Positions 1-10,311 of a stretch of 64,000 bases of DNA are shown piece by piece (position 1 is the stretch's first letter; each line of letters opens with the position of its first letter). A model generated the notes under the pieces. That model did not search any database. It worked only from the letters and a program-made list of their open reading frames with translations, and had not been told where the DNA came from. The translations under genes and the position numbers were made by a program. The stretch lies in contig CP154954.1 in the NCBI GenBank assembly GCA_039621445.1, forward strand, positions 32,403,455 to 32,467,454. Direction: 5' to 3'. This DNA comes from Euglena gracilis (Eukaryota).

Positions 1-231
1 CTTCCTGTATCATTGCACGTTCCTGCCCTGTTTCAGCCCTCTCAGCCTACATCAGCCTCACGACGACACTCAATGCTACCCACTCTTCGCCCTTCTGGGT
101 TTCCTGGGAACCGGATGATACTCAATGCCTTATGTTTGGGGTCGCCCCATCTGTGCACAGCCTTCCCCCCGTACACTTCAAATTCAGTAGGCTGTGCCAC
201 TAGTTGGTGGATTTGGTTCGCCCCACCACCG
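1..231 (+). mobile_element. 3' UTR/terminus of a CRE-like non-LTR element (remainder lies outside the window)
   Basis: Pyrimidine-rich stretch ending in the shared 3' motif at 176-231 (CTTCAAATTCAGTAGGCTGTGCCACTAGTTGGTGGATTTGGTTCGCCCCACCACCG). Confidence 0.7.
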
Positions 232-283
232 TTCTGCACAATCATTCGTTGTGACTAAAATACTTCGACAATTGACAAATTTG

Positions 284-820
284 CGTTGGTGGGCGAACCG
301 AGTCCACCGACCAGTGGCACAGCCTACTGGTTTGAGCAGAGCTCGGACTCGGAGAGCTCGGAGTTCGGGGGTGTGGCCATGTACCGGATGCCGTTAATTC
401 CTCCAAGGTCCCGTGGGAGGTTATGGGTGCTCCAGGGAAGGCTGTTTATGGGCGAGAGGCCCATAAACTTTTCTATGGCTTTTCTATGACTTCGGGCTTG
501 GTTTTGACCATTGGAGCGTGGGAAAATTGGTTAAAAAGCATTGGTTGTTTTTGCTCAGAAAGAAAAACGCGTTGCCAAAGGGGTGAGATATTTTACAGTG
601 AAGTACATGCGTGGTGCGAGGGTGAGAAAGAGTCCTTGTCCCATGTCCTCGAATTTTGGACTTTTGGACATCTTAGGGTCCACGGGTTGAGTACCGGTGG
701 TCTGGCAGTCCTTGTTCCTTGTCCTCGCCTTTCTTTGTGTAACAATTGTTGAACGATAGTTTTGAATATCACTTGTTGCGGCATTTCTTGTTTGGTTTGT
801 TTGTGTCCCCAGAAGGGAAA
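284..820 (-). mobile_element. Short non-coding remnant ending in the shared 3' motif
   Basis: Motif at 284-336 on the minus strand; no recognisable coding sequence upstream; the 5' boundary is uncertain. Confidence 0.5.
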
Positions 821-1433
821 CGGTGGAGGGGCGAACGGAACCCACCCACCAGTTGCGCAGCCTACTGGATTTGAGGGTCCGCGGAAGGTTATGGTATTTC
901 ACAGCTGACACAGGGCAAGGCGGGAGGGAAATGGGCAAGACCCATGTTCAATATAGCGTGTGTGTGGGAGGGGTAAGAAGCAGGGCGGATCTAGGGTCAC
1001 CGGCTGGTGGCCCATGCGGTTTGGTCGGCGGTGTGGTGAGGAGAGGTGGGAGCGTGCCGAGGTGGGGGGCGGCGGTTGGTGGTTGTCTGTGTGTGTCTTG
1101 CTTGGTTTTCGTCGTTTTTTTTAGGGGCTATAGCCGGCTTGCTGGGTCGCGCGCGCACTTTCTTCTCACCTTGTGGAGTCCGGGGCGGGCGGGCTACCCT
1201 TTGCGTGTGCGTTGCTTTTGCCGGCTCCACTCCCATTTGTTGCCTCGTTGGGCGGATACCTTTCGCCTGGCGTGTGGGCTCTGTTTTTTTTTGGCGGCTT
1301 CGTTTTTTTTTGTGGGGGGGGGGCGCCTTTTGGGGGGGTGGTTCCGTGGTGAACCTCCGCGATTTGCGGGTTGTGGCTGTCTTGGTCTTGGTCTTGCGCG
1401 CTTTTGGTGCTGTCTGCGGTGGGGGTTGGGGAC

Positions 1434-4400
1434 TTACCATGGGTGGAGGGCCTGCTCCACGCGGTCCCTGGCGGATACCTGCCGCGCAACGTGGCGCATG
1501 AGTGTCACCGGTAGTGCTTCCTGCTTTTCTTGCATGGCCCTTGTCTTTGGCCATCCCCGCATGTCTGCGGTGGCCCTTTTGGTGACCTCAAACAGCACCG
1601 CCTGGCAGAGGTCCGAAGGCCTCGTTGCCCCTGTGACCAGTTGATGAGGAGAACATCGGCCGGTCTGTTGTTCGCCAAACACTCTGCCTCCTTCTCCACC
1701 GCAATGTTGTACAGGGCACACATCGCTGCAAAAGCATCTCGGAATGCATTGTGCCGTTCGGTGTTTCCATTCTGCTCGCAGCAGACGAATGATCCCCGAA
1801 GGGGTCAATGGATCCTCGACACAGTGGGCACCCCTGCAGCGTGACCCCTGAAGGGAGGATGGACAGGCCAAGCCACCGCTGCAGTAGCAGCCAGTATTGG
1901 ATGTCCGAGAAAGCTGTGTGCTGTGCCTTTCTGGGCAAAGTCCGTATCCATCCCGTTTCCACCGGTCCCTTTGGCAAGCCCTTCTCACCCGGTCCCTGGC
2001 AAAGCCGACCGCGTCGACTCACTGGCTCTGCATTTCCGCCACTTTCTCCGCCCACCACCGTTGGGAGGCGTGTTCTGGTGCTGCGGAGAGAGTGGGGTGG
2101 TGCCTGCGGGCCAGCTGGCCACGGGATCCACGTTGGGGCCAAGCTGTTGATGCAACCGTTGTAGCCTGTCTTGCATTTCCGGGGATGGGGTTGCCAACAC
2201 CGAGGCTGGCACCCCCACTGCTTGCCCAGGTTCAACAAGGCCGCCATCCGTGCCGCGGGTTGCAACACGTCGGGGTCCGAGATTCCGAGTCCCCCTTGGC
2301 GGATGGGCAGGGAGACTTGATCCCGTGAACTCTCGGTGATTCCCAGTCCGAGGAGATCTTGTACGGCTTCCTCCAGCCATGCCCTGAGAATGAGCGGGCA
2401 GTCCCGTGCGTTTTCTCTCTCCGTTGATCGGAGGAGGTGGACCACCCGACATCCGTCAAGGCAGTACCGCAAGAGTGCGTGCTGCACTTGCCCCTCTGGG
2501 TGGCCCCTGAGCCGTTACAGGAGCAAGGTCGCCCTGTCCACGGTCTCTTCCCATACGGCTTGGCATTGTGTGCTCTTGGCGTGTCCTCTTGTGCTGTGTG
2601 ATGCTCCCGCGGGGCATCAATCTGGACGCCCAGGGTCGTGATGCCCCTCTGTCCTCCAAAAGGAATCACGGGCACTTGTCTTCCCAAGTGGTCTTCTGCC
2701 AAACCGTCTGGGTAATGTGGCCCGGCTTGATAGACTGTTCTGCATCCCAGGTCCCCAAAAATTGCACTTGGCCAAATTGAGGTGGAGGCCTAGGGCTAGG
2801 CCTAGGCCTAGGACCGTGCTGATGTCATGGAGGCGGGCCAACACCACTGCTGGTTTCCCCACGATGTGGCCGTCGCCAAAGCGCCAAGTCCCGGGCAAAG
2901 CACTGGTCAAGGGCGTAGTCCAAGTCCAGTGCAAATCCCAAGGGCCCGCATGCGTCGCCTTGATGCACTCCGATCTGGCTTGTACACAGGAAGCGCCCTT
3001 GGCAGAACAACGGACTTGGTCCACTGTAGCAAAAGCGCAGCCAGTTGTACGCCGTGTGTACCTTGGCCAAGCATCCCCGGAGCATTGCATCCCTGCTGAT
3101 GAAGTTGAAGGCATTGCACATATCCACCTGCAACACCACGTGGTCGTTATCCCCTTGGAGGTGGCTTGACTGGACGAGCGTTGCAGGCCCATGCCCACCA
3201 TCTCGGCGGCGTTTCACACTCCCACCCCGCACTGCCGCGGTTGTAGGGCTGCCATCAACATCCTCACCGCTTCAGAATGGAGAAGGCACTTGCCCACCAC
3301 TCGCCGGAGGGTGTCACCGACGGCAATCGGCCGCACCCCCCCATCCTTCTTGCGGAGCAGGATGAGCGTGGAGGCGCATGGTACTTCTCGCACGCTCTCC
3401 GGGATGTGGTCAGGGCCGTCGCAGCAAGCTTGCCGAGGGCTTGGACCAGGCCACCCCCGGGCCCCAGCTTTCGGCAACACTCACTGAGGTGGATTGGACT
3501 TAGACCCCGGGGGGAAGGAGACCACGGCTGCCCAGGCCCGCTTGGACCACTGCTCGTCCCTCTCCTCGTCGTGCATGCCCTCGTCCCCAGGCGGCAGGCA
3601 ATCGAGGTGGGCAAATCCCCTGACGGGACCAAGTGCGGCTGTGCTGGGGGATGGAGGTCCCTCAGTACGGCTTCCATACCCGGTTCCTGCAAGTTGACCA
3701 GCGCATCTGACACCAACAGCTTAGCGGCCTTGGGCAGTGCGCCTTCCTCCACCAAAGCCCTGATTTTCCCCACCTGTGATGGTGACATTTCCTCTTCCTC
3801 CTCCCGCTTGGCCTGTGCCCTTGTGCGCGCCGGTTGGTCCAATGGGGTCTGCCGTGCTTGGGCGTTTTTTTTTTCCGCCTCGGCCCACAAGGTTCCCAAC
3901 TGGCCTTGCTGAAAGAGACGCAGCCGTCCGTCCATGTCATGTGCTGCGTGCCGCTGGTGCTTGCATCCACCCCGGCCTGATGAACGCAAGACCAGCTTTG
4001 GGAAACATATGAGACGGTGGAGCGCCTCCCATGTTGGCACTGGGACTGCCACATCCCTCACTAGATGTGCCAGCTCCTGGGTGATGGCGGTGCGACACAT
4101 TGCTGGGATGTGTCTCACTGTGGGCACATGCACGACGAGCACCTCATCAAACGTGGGCGTCATTTGTGGGCATCGGCTTGTGGTTGGTGTTCCCGTTTGT
4201 GGCGCGGCTGCATCCCTCGGGGGGATGAGAGGCACGGGGCCCCGTGTTGCCTCCGCGGTGTCGAGGCTTTGCGGTGCCACCTTGCAGTTCCTGCATCTCT
4301 CGCTTTGGGGCACGAGTGAGCGGAAGGGGCCTGCGCAGACCCGTACCCTCAGCATTTGGAGGACTGCCGACGGCAACACTTGGCCGTGCGACACATGGTG

Positions 4401-4937
4401 CGCGGCCAGGAGCGACACCAATGCTTTGCGGGACTTGGTGGTGAGGGCTTCTGGGCACGATGAAAAGGGACACATGAGGGTTCGTGGTCCCTCTGCTTCT
4501 GCTTCTTCCTCATCGTCCTTAGCCGCCGCATCATCCCCTTGCTTTCCTTCGACGTGGCGGCCGAGTGCCACGGGAACCCGTGGCGTTTCCCTGCTTTCTG
4601 CCCCCTTCCCTCCCCTTGGGGGTGTTCTTCTTGGTGGCGCCTTTGGCTTGGGGGTGGTGGTGGCTGTGCTGCTGCTCGCTGAGGTGCGGAGGTTCACCAC
4701 GTCCTGGCCCCTTACGAACTCCAAAAGTGCTACACCGGTGTCGTGGCTTACACCCGAACTGTCGCTGCGATGCCTCTTGTTCCGCAGGCAACCAATTGAC
4801 TCCTCCTCTGTGTTCATGTTCTGGTTGACGACTTGAACTTCTTTCCTTTCCTTGATACTTGTGCTTCAGGCGACGTTATCTCAAGGATGGGCAAGATGTT
4901 CAATGAGCTTGGACCCCACCAGGGGCTTTCAAGACAT
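1434..4937 (-). pseudogene. Fragmented RT/RLE polyprotein of element A
   Basis: Across several frames: CCHH-like finger CPFSSC...AHH, VRPIAVGDTLRRVVGK, LQVDMCNAFN, GVHQGDACGPLGFAL, QVSLPIRQGGLGI, CPLC..DPFGDH and RPADVLL, with stops, frameshifts and deletions. Confidence 0.88.
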
Positions 4938-4952
4938 GGTAGTTGTGCGCCA

Positions 4953-4975
4953 CGAAAGAATAGACAGTCAGAAAG
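4953..4975 (-). other. Spliced-leader exon relic (variant CTTTCTGACTGTCTATTCTTTCG)
   Basis: Resembles the euglenid SL; followed 15 nt later by an ATG (4937) in ACCATG context. Confidence 0.75.
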
Positions 4976-5005
4976 ACACTCGGAACCGCCTATTTTTGGC
5001 CAAAG

Positions 5006-6145
5006 CGGTGGTGGGGCGGACTGAGTCCACCGACCACTGGCACAGCCTACTGGATTTGATTTGTGTTCAGGGGGTAAGGCTATGTACAGAAGCGACAGTC
5101 TGTGCTGGGGACGGGAGATGGGAGGGGAGGGAAAAGGGGAAGAGATGTGAGCTTAGAGAAGGGTGCGAGGTGGGGCAGCCATTGATCAACAGCCGGAGTA
5201 GCTGCCGGGCACAAGGTCCTCAGGTTGTGGTTGAAAATCCTCTGCCACGTGGGTCATCATGCGTCACTACGGAGCTCGCGCCTTGTTTACAACGCGGCGG
5301 AGATGGAGGTACCGAGAGGAACCTTTCCCAAGCCTTTGGCGGTCATCGGGCAGCCTCTCACCGAAGAGATGCGTAGAAAAATGCGGGTAATTGAAGGTGG
5401 CCACGACGGGCCTTTGTTCGTGGTGCTTTGGCCATAAGGTTCGCATGGCTTAAGGGGCTGACGTAGGCGGCATGCTTGCACCTCCCCGTTACTGGACAGA
5501 GTAAGGTTGATGAAGGCTTGTTTCACCACCGTCAGCCAGCTCCTCGGGGCACTGTCCCCAAGCAAGCTGCTTCGCCAGCTCCCTGGCCAGGGCCATGCTC
5601 AGGCCCTGCCAACAGTTGGCCTCCGTTGCTCGTCTCTCCCACGATTCGTGCTGCCCCATGAGTAGACGTACGCATTGGCCAACGAAGGCAAGGGCCGCAT
5701 CACCCATGCCCTCATAGCAATCCAAGACAAAGGGAATGAACGTCCACCCCTTCGTTGGCAGCCAGCACCATACTTCTTGACTTTGTCCTCCTCTTTTGAT
5801 TCGTGCCATCTGCCAAGGTCCTCTGTCCCAGGTCGTGTTCGGGAGGGTGCTAAGTGGTGGCGTACCGTCATGTCGATTGCGGCTAGACCATTGGCATCGT
5901 ACCTCATGACAAAGACATCCCGGGGCCGTGAACCATCAGGGGCAGCTCCCTCTCGTCTCGCTGGGAACACAGCCTTTTGAGCAAGCCCCAAGAGGTAGGA
6001 TTGTACCGCCCCGTGTCGCCGAACAATATTGTGTCGGTGACAACGGACGAGATCCAGGGGATTGTGGCACCTTGGGCATCCTGATGGTCCGGCTTTCAGT
6101 TGTCCGACATGATATGCGAACAAAAAAACATAGACAGTCAGAAAG
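5006..6145 (-). mobile_element. Short CRE-like copy, family F: SL + Zn knuckle/RLE + 3' end only
   Basis: ORF 5599-6123 has CPRCH...RRHGAVQ...RPRDVFV...AIDMTVRH; 3' motif at 5006-5059; SL-like sequence at 6117-6145. Confidence 0.85.
6117..6145 (-). other. Spliced-leader exon relic (CTTTCTGACTGTCTATGTTTTTTTGTTCG)
   Basis: SL-like, sharing the GACTG variant with 4953-4975; ATG 6 nt downstream. Confidence 0.7.
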
Positions 6146-6194
6146 CGACGAATTCCTACGACTTTTCGACGACTTTTTACGACGACGTTCTGAG

Positions 6195-6370
6195 TAAAGG
6201 TTTCATCAAAGGGTACACAATTATCTCTCTGGAGCAGAAAAGCTCAACTGACATGTCAAATGAAGCCCCATGCAATGGCTTGGGCATCGGTGATGCCTTC
6301 AGCCAGCGCAAGAACCCTCATGCCCCCCAGGGAATTACAGGCCCTGGTCCAGTGGTCCCTGGGTTGGCTG
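6195..6370 (+). pseudogene. Inverted fragment of a CRE-like ORF (segment just before the Zn knuckle)
   Basis: QMKPHAMAWASVMPS...ALVQWSLG matches QRKPHAMAW...QWSLG in elements E and B. Confidence 0.75.
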
Positions 6371-6448
6371 GAAGTACTATCCCTGTTTCACTGTACTTTG
6401 CTGTACCATCTGTGCTGTAACATAGCGATCACTGTTCCAATTTGCACT

Positions 6449-7015
6449 ATGGCCCCAGGGCCTTCTAAACATTTCAGAGAGGTGGTCCCAGGGCCCCAGA
6501 CTTTTGCCATGATGCTCCCAGATTCTGCCCCAGGGCTCAACACATTTCAAACCAAATCTGGCACAGAAAAGTTTTTCAGAGATCTTGCCCCAGGGACCAA
6601 GGCCTCAGCCATGATGCTGTCCAATTTTGCCCCAAGGCTCAACACATTTCAAGCCAAAACTGGCACAGAAAAGTTTTTCACAGATGTGGCCCCAGGGCCC
6701 AAGGCTTTTGCCATGATGCTGTCAAATTTTGCCACAGGGCTCAACACTTTTCCAACTAAATCTGGCACAGAAAAGTTTTTCAGAGATGTTGCCCCAGGGC
6801 CCAAGGCTTCAGCCAACACATTTCAAGCCAAAACTGGCACAGAAAAGTTTTTCACAGATGTGGCCCCAGGGCCCAAGGCTTCAGCCATGATGCTGTCAAA
6901 TTTGGCCCCAGGGCTCAACACGTCTCAAGCCAAAACGGGCACGGAAAAGTGTTTCACAGATGTGGCTCCAGGGCCCAAGGCCGTAATGCCGTCAAATTTT
7001 GCCCCAGGGCTCAGC
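6449..7015 (+). repeat. Coding tandem repeat, 102-bp (34-aa) period, about 5.5 copies
   Basis: GCCATGATGCT recurs at 6506, 6608 and 6710; unit AMMLSNFAPxLNTFQAKTGTEKFFxDVAPGPKA stays in frame; one unit is shortened. Confidence 0.92.
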
Positions 7016-7051
7016 ACAATTCCAGCCGTAATAGCGTGGGGTTTCCACCTA

Positions 7052-7105
7052 CGGGGAAGAGGCGGGCTACTGTCGTGTGGCGACGTTGAAGAAAACCCTG
7101 GCCCA
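7052..7105 (+). other. 2A/StopGo peptide RGRGGLLSCGDVEENPGP
   Basis: Canonical D(V/I)ExNPGP, very close to T2A (EGRGSLLTCGDVEENPGP). Confidence 0.93.
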
Positions 7106-9978
7106 CGCACAGGGTAGCCAACGGAGAGAGGCCGCCAAACACGAAGGCAGGATGCTGCTCTTTCACGACCGACTGAAAGTGGGACCAACCTGGACCCGGA
7201 ATTATCGGTGGCCATTGAATTGGATGACCCATTGCCTGCCCTTGCCGCGCCCACGACTGTCCCGGTTACAGCAGCGACGGCAGCCATGGAAACAGATGGC
7301 CCACCCCAGCCATTTCTGCCGGGCTGCAGAACGCCTGGGACCCCCTTCTCACAACGCTGTCCGACGCTCGAACCAACCTGGATGGCATCGCACAGGACCT
7401 CAGGGGCACGGTCTCACACATCCCTCGTGGCGCCGTACAGGCGGTCTCCCAACTCTACACCTCTCTTCTGAAGGACTACAACAGACACCCTTCATGGGAG
7501 TCCTCACACGCACTCTGGTGCATGCCCAAGGCAGTGCTGGCACCCTTGCCACGCGCTGGCAGGAATCACTGGGCTCAGTTGGGAAGGACCATCAGTACAG
7601 TACTCTTCAGGGGATGGCACACGGCCCATTGCTGCCGGGGAAACCCTCCGACGCCTGGTGGCAAAAGTGCTAATGCGCCACACAGAAGTCCGCCGCTCCC
7701 TGGCTACCGCCTTGCCACAACAGCTGGGGGTAGGTGTACCGGACGCATGCGCATTGATAAGCATGGGCATTCAGCAGATAGTTGACGGCCTGTCCCATAT
7801 CGGGAAGGTTGACTGGGGGTTACTCCAGCTGGATTTCTCAAATGCATTCAATTGCATATCAAGAGAGAACTTACTGGCCGAGGTCGCCGATAGATTTCCC
7901 CTCCCTGCTGCCGTGGTTGGAGAGCTGCTACGCACGCCATTCTCGGTTGTATCTGGGAAAGACATCCCTCCGAAGCAAGTCTGGTGTGCAGCAAGGGGAC
8001 CCGTGCGGGCCGGCCGCATTTGCCCTCGGGATACAGCCATTGCTGGACAAACTGCAAGGCATCGTGGGCTGGCAAGCCTGGTACCTGGATGATGCCCACG
8101 TCATGGGCACACCGGAGCAGCTTGAGAGGGCAGTTTGGTTGATTGTATCTGAGGGACCACGGATTGGTGTAGGTCTCAACTTGGCGAAATGCAGACTGTG
8201 TGGTCCAGCCTTTGTGGAGCACGGAGAAGGCATCTTTCAGGGCGTCCCGGTCGAGCCTTTCACAGCCGGCACCGGCATTCGCGCACTCGGCGCGCCTGTT
8301 TGCCACCCGGGTGGAACGCCTGAATTTGCCTCCCTCCTTTGGGAGGAGCGCCTCACCGGTGTCCAGAAGGCGTGCCACCTGTTACAATTGGTGCCGTCAC
8401 CGCATCTACAATTCACTGTGCTCAGGCAATGCCTTGATGCCTGCAAAGTGAATGATTTGCTGCGAACCACGCGCCTCTCGGGAGCTAAAATAAAATGCCA
8501 TTCCTCCTCCAGCATCCTACGGGACACAATGTCGGTCATCACCGCCCGCCCAATGGACGACAAACAATGGGCACAGGCCTCACTTCCTGTCCGCTTGGGA
8601 GGACTGGGGATCCGAGACCCAGAAGCAGCCAGAACACCGGCCAGATGGGCAGCTATCCTGGGTTTCCTCTCCCGAGTGGACAGCACTCTGGGCCAACCGG
8701 AAGGCTGCCCTCAGCTTCCACGCGACCATGGCGAGACGGGCTTGCTAATTTCGAGTCTCACCAAAGGGTTGGCACCTCTCACTGACATCCTTGCGGACCC
8801 AAGCAAAGTGAGCTCCCTGTCCCCCACAATGACGAGACAGAAGTTTTGGACATATGAGGTCGTAAAAGTACGGGCTGACCTACTTTTGGGCAGCTTTGCA
8901 GGAAACGACGCAGTCCGTTTTTCCTGCCAGCGGAAGCCACACGCCATGGCCTGGGCTGCGGTTAATCCCTCTGCTCCACTGAAAACACTCATTCCACCAG
9001 CCGAATTTAGAGCGCTGACGCAATGGTCTCTAGGGTGTGCAATTTGCCCGACAATGCCAGATGGTTCCTTGCCAGAATGCCCTCGTTGCCACCAGCAAAT
9101 GGACTTTGGCGGAAATCGCCTTGTCTGCTGCCCAAAAAACAACACTTTGCGGCGACATGGTGCCCTTCAAACGTTTGTCGTGGAGCTTGCAAGGAAGGCG
9201 GGATTCATGGCCCGAAGAGAAGAGGTGGCAGACAACCAGACAAGGCTCGGCGATGTCTTCATTACCAGGGACGATGCTGACGGACCCGCAGCAGTGGATG
9301 TCACGGTGCGTCACCCGCTCCAGCCAGCCACTCCGGTCTCCACAAAAGAAGCCGTAGCACGGTGGCACGAATTACAGGAAGCCGAAAAATGCCGCAAATA
9401 CGCAGCCACCTGTGAACGCCTTGGGTGGACGTTCATTCATTCATTTGTTCGTTCGTTCGTTCATCCCATTCGTGCTGGACTGCTTTGGGGGCGTGGGGGA
9501 GCAGGCTGCAACCTTCATCACCAAATGCCTCCGCACTGTATTGGCTCAAACAGGTGTTTTTTCAACGACGCTCATCTAAAGCCTCCGTCTGGCAAACCCT
9601 GAGTCTCACATTGGCAAGAGAAGTGGCCCGCCAGCTGGCATGCGGTGCGGTGGCGGAGCCATCTGGAGAGGTGGATCCCACCACCCATAGCCCATATGCA
9701 ATGGATTGAGCAAAGATGAGATACCAATCTCACATCCCATCCCTCCAAAAAAAAAACCGCAAGCACACACAAAACACACACACACACACACACCAGCCAC
9801 CACGCCCTCCGCCTCTCACCCCCAACGCACCTCATCCGCCAAGTTTCCCCTCGTCCCTCCGTCTTCGCTGCTACCAAGACCGCTCGGCTTTACACGCCTT
9901 CTCCTGTACCTCTACCTCTGACAGACTGCTGCTTCCGCTTCTGTATATAGCCCTCCCCCTGAGCACTCAAATCCAGTA

Positions 9979-10202
9979 AACCCCCCCCCCAAATAACCCC
10001 CCCCCCCCCCGTTTGTTATTTGGGCACCCGAACTGGGGTCCCAGGGGGGGTGTTATTTGGGGGGTGTTATTTTTACATGGAAAACCAAAGGAAAACAGGG
10101 GGGGGGGTGTTATTTGGGCGCTCGAATCGGCCCCGAGGGGGGGGGGGGTTATTTAGGGGGGGGTGTTATTTGGGGGGGGGGGGTGTTATTTGGGGGGGGG
10201 TT
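9979..10202. mobile_element. MITE with TA target-site duplication (Tc1/mariner-type signature)
   Basis: TIRs AACCCCCCCCCCAAATAAC... / ...GTTATTTGGGGGGGGGTT; TA at 9977-9978 and 10203-10204; removing it restores ATCCAGTAGGCTGTGCC. Confidence 0.9.
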
Positions 10203-10311
10203 TAGGCTGTGCCACTAGTCGGTGGACTCGGCTCGCCCCACCACCGTGTCCTTCTCCAGTGAGAAGAAGGCTGCAAGTCGTCTTTTTTTTTCCACATGAG
10301 ACAAAAGTACT

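Larger units (their letters stand above)
821..4975 (-). mobile_element. CRE-like (RLE-type) non-LTR retrotransposon, family A, decayed, SL-headed
   Basis: SL-like 5' end at 4953-4975, fragmented RT/RLE ORF, shared 3' motif at 821-875. Confidence 0.9.
6371..10246 (+). mobile_element. CRE-like non-LTR retrotransposon, family E, 5'-truncated and internally deleted
   Basis: 2A peptide; RT motifs LQLDFSNAFN, GVQQGDPCGP, WYLDDAH, LPVRLGGLG; CPRC knuckle; RLE RLGDVFI..AAVDVT (ORF 7782-9602); 3' motif split by a MITE. The 5' boundary is approximate. Confidence 0.9.

Noticed and set aside
823-1644. Long ORFs such as 823-1644(+), 3934-4836(+) and the many short ORFs in the array and intron
   Set aside because: They are antisense shadows of retroelement ORFs or low-complexity frames with no recognisable motifs.
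6480-6980. DVAPGP repeats as 2A peptides
   Set aside because: They lack the ExN residues and spacing of D(V/I)ExNPGP.
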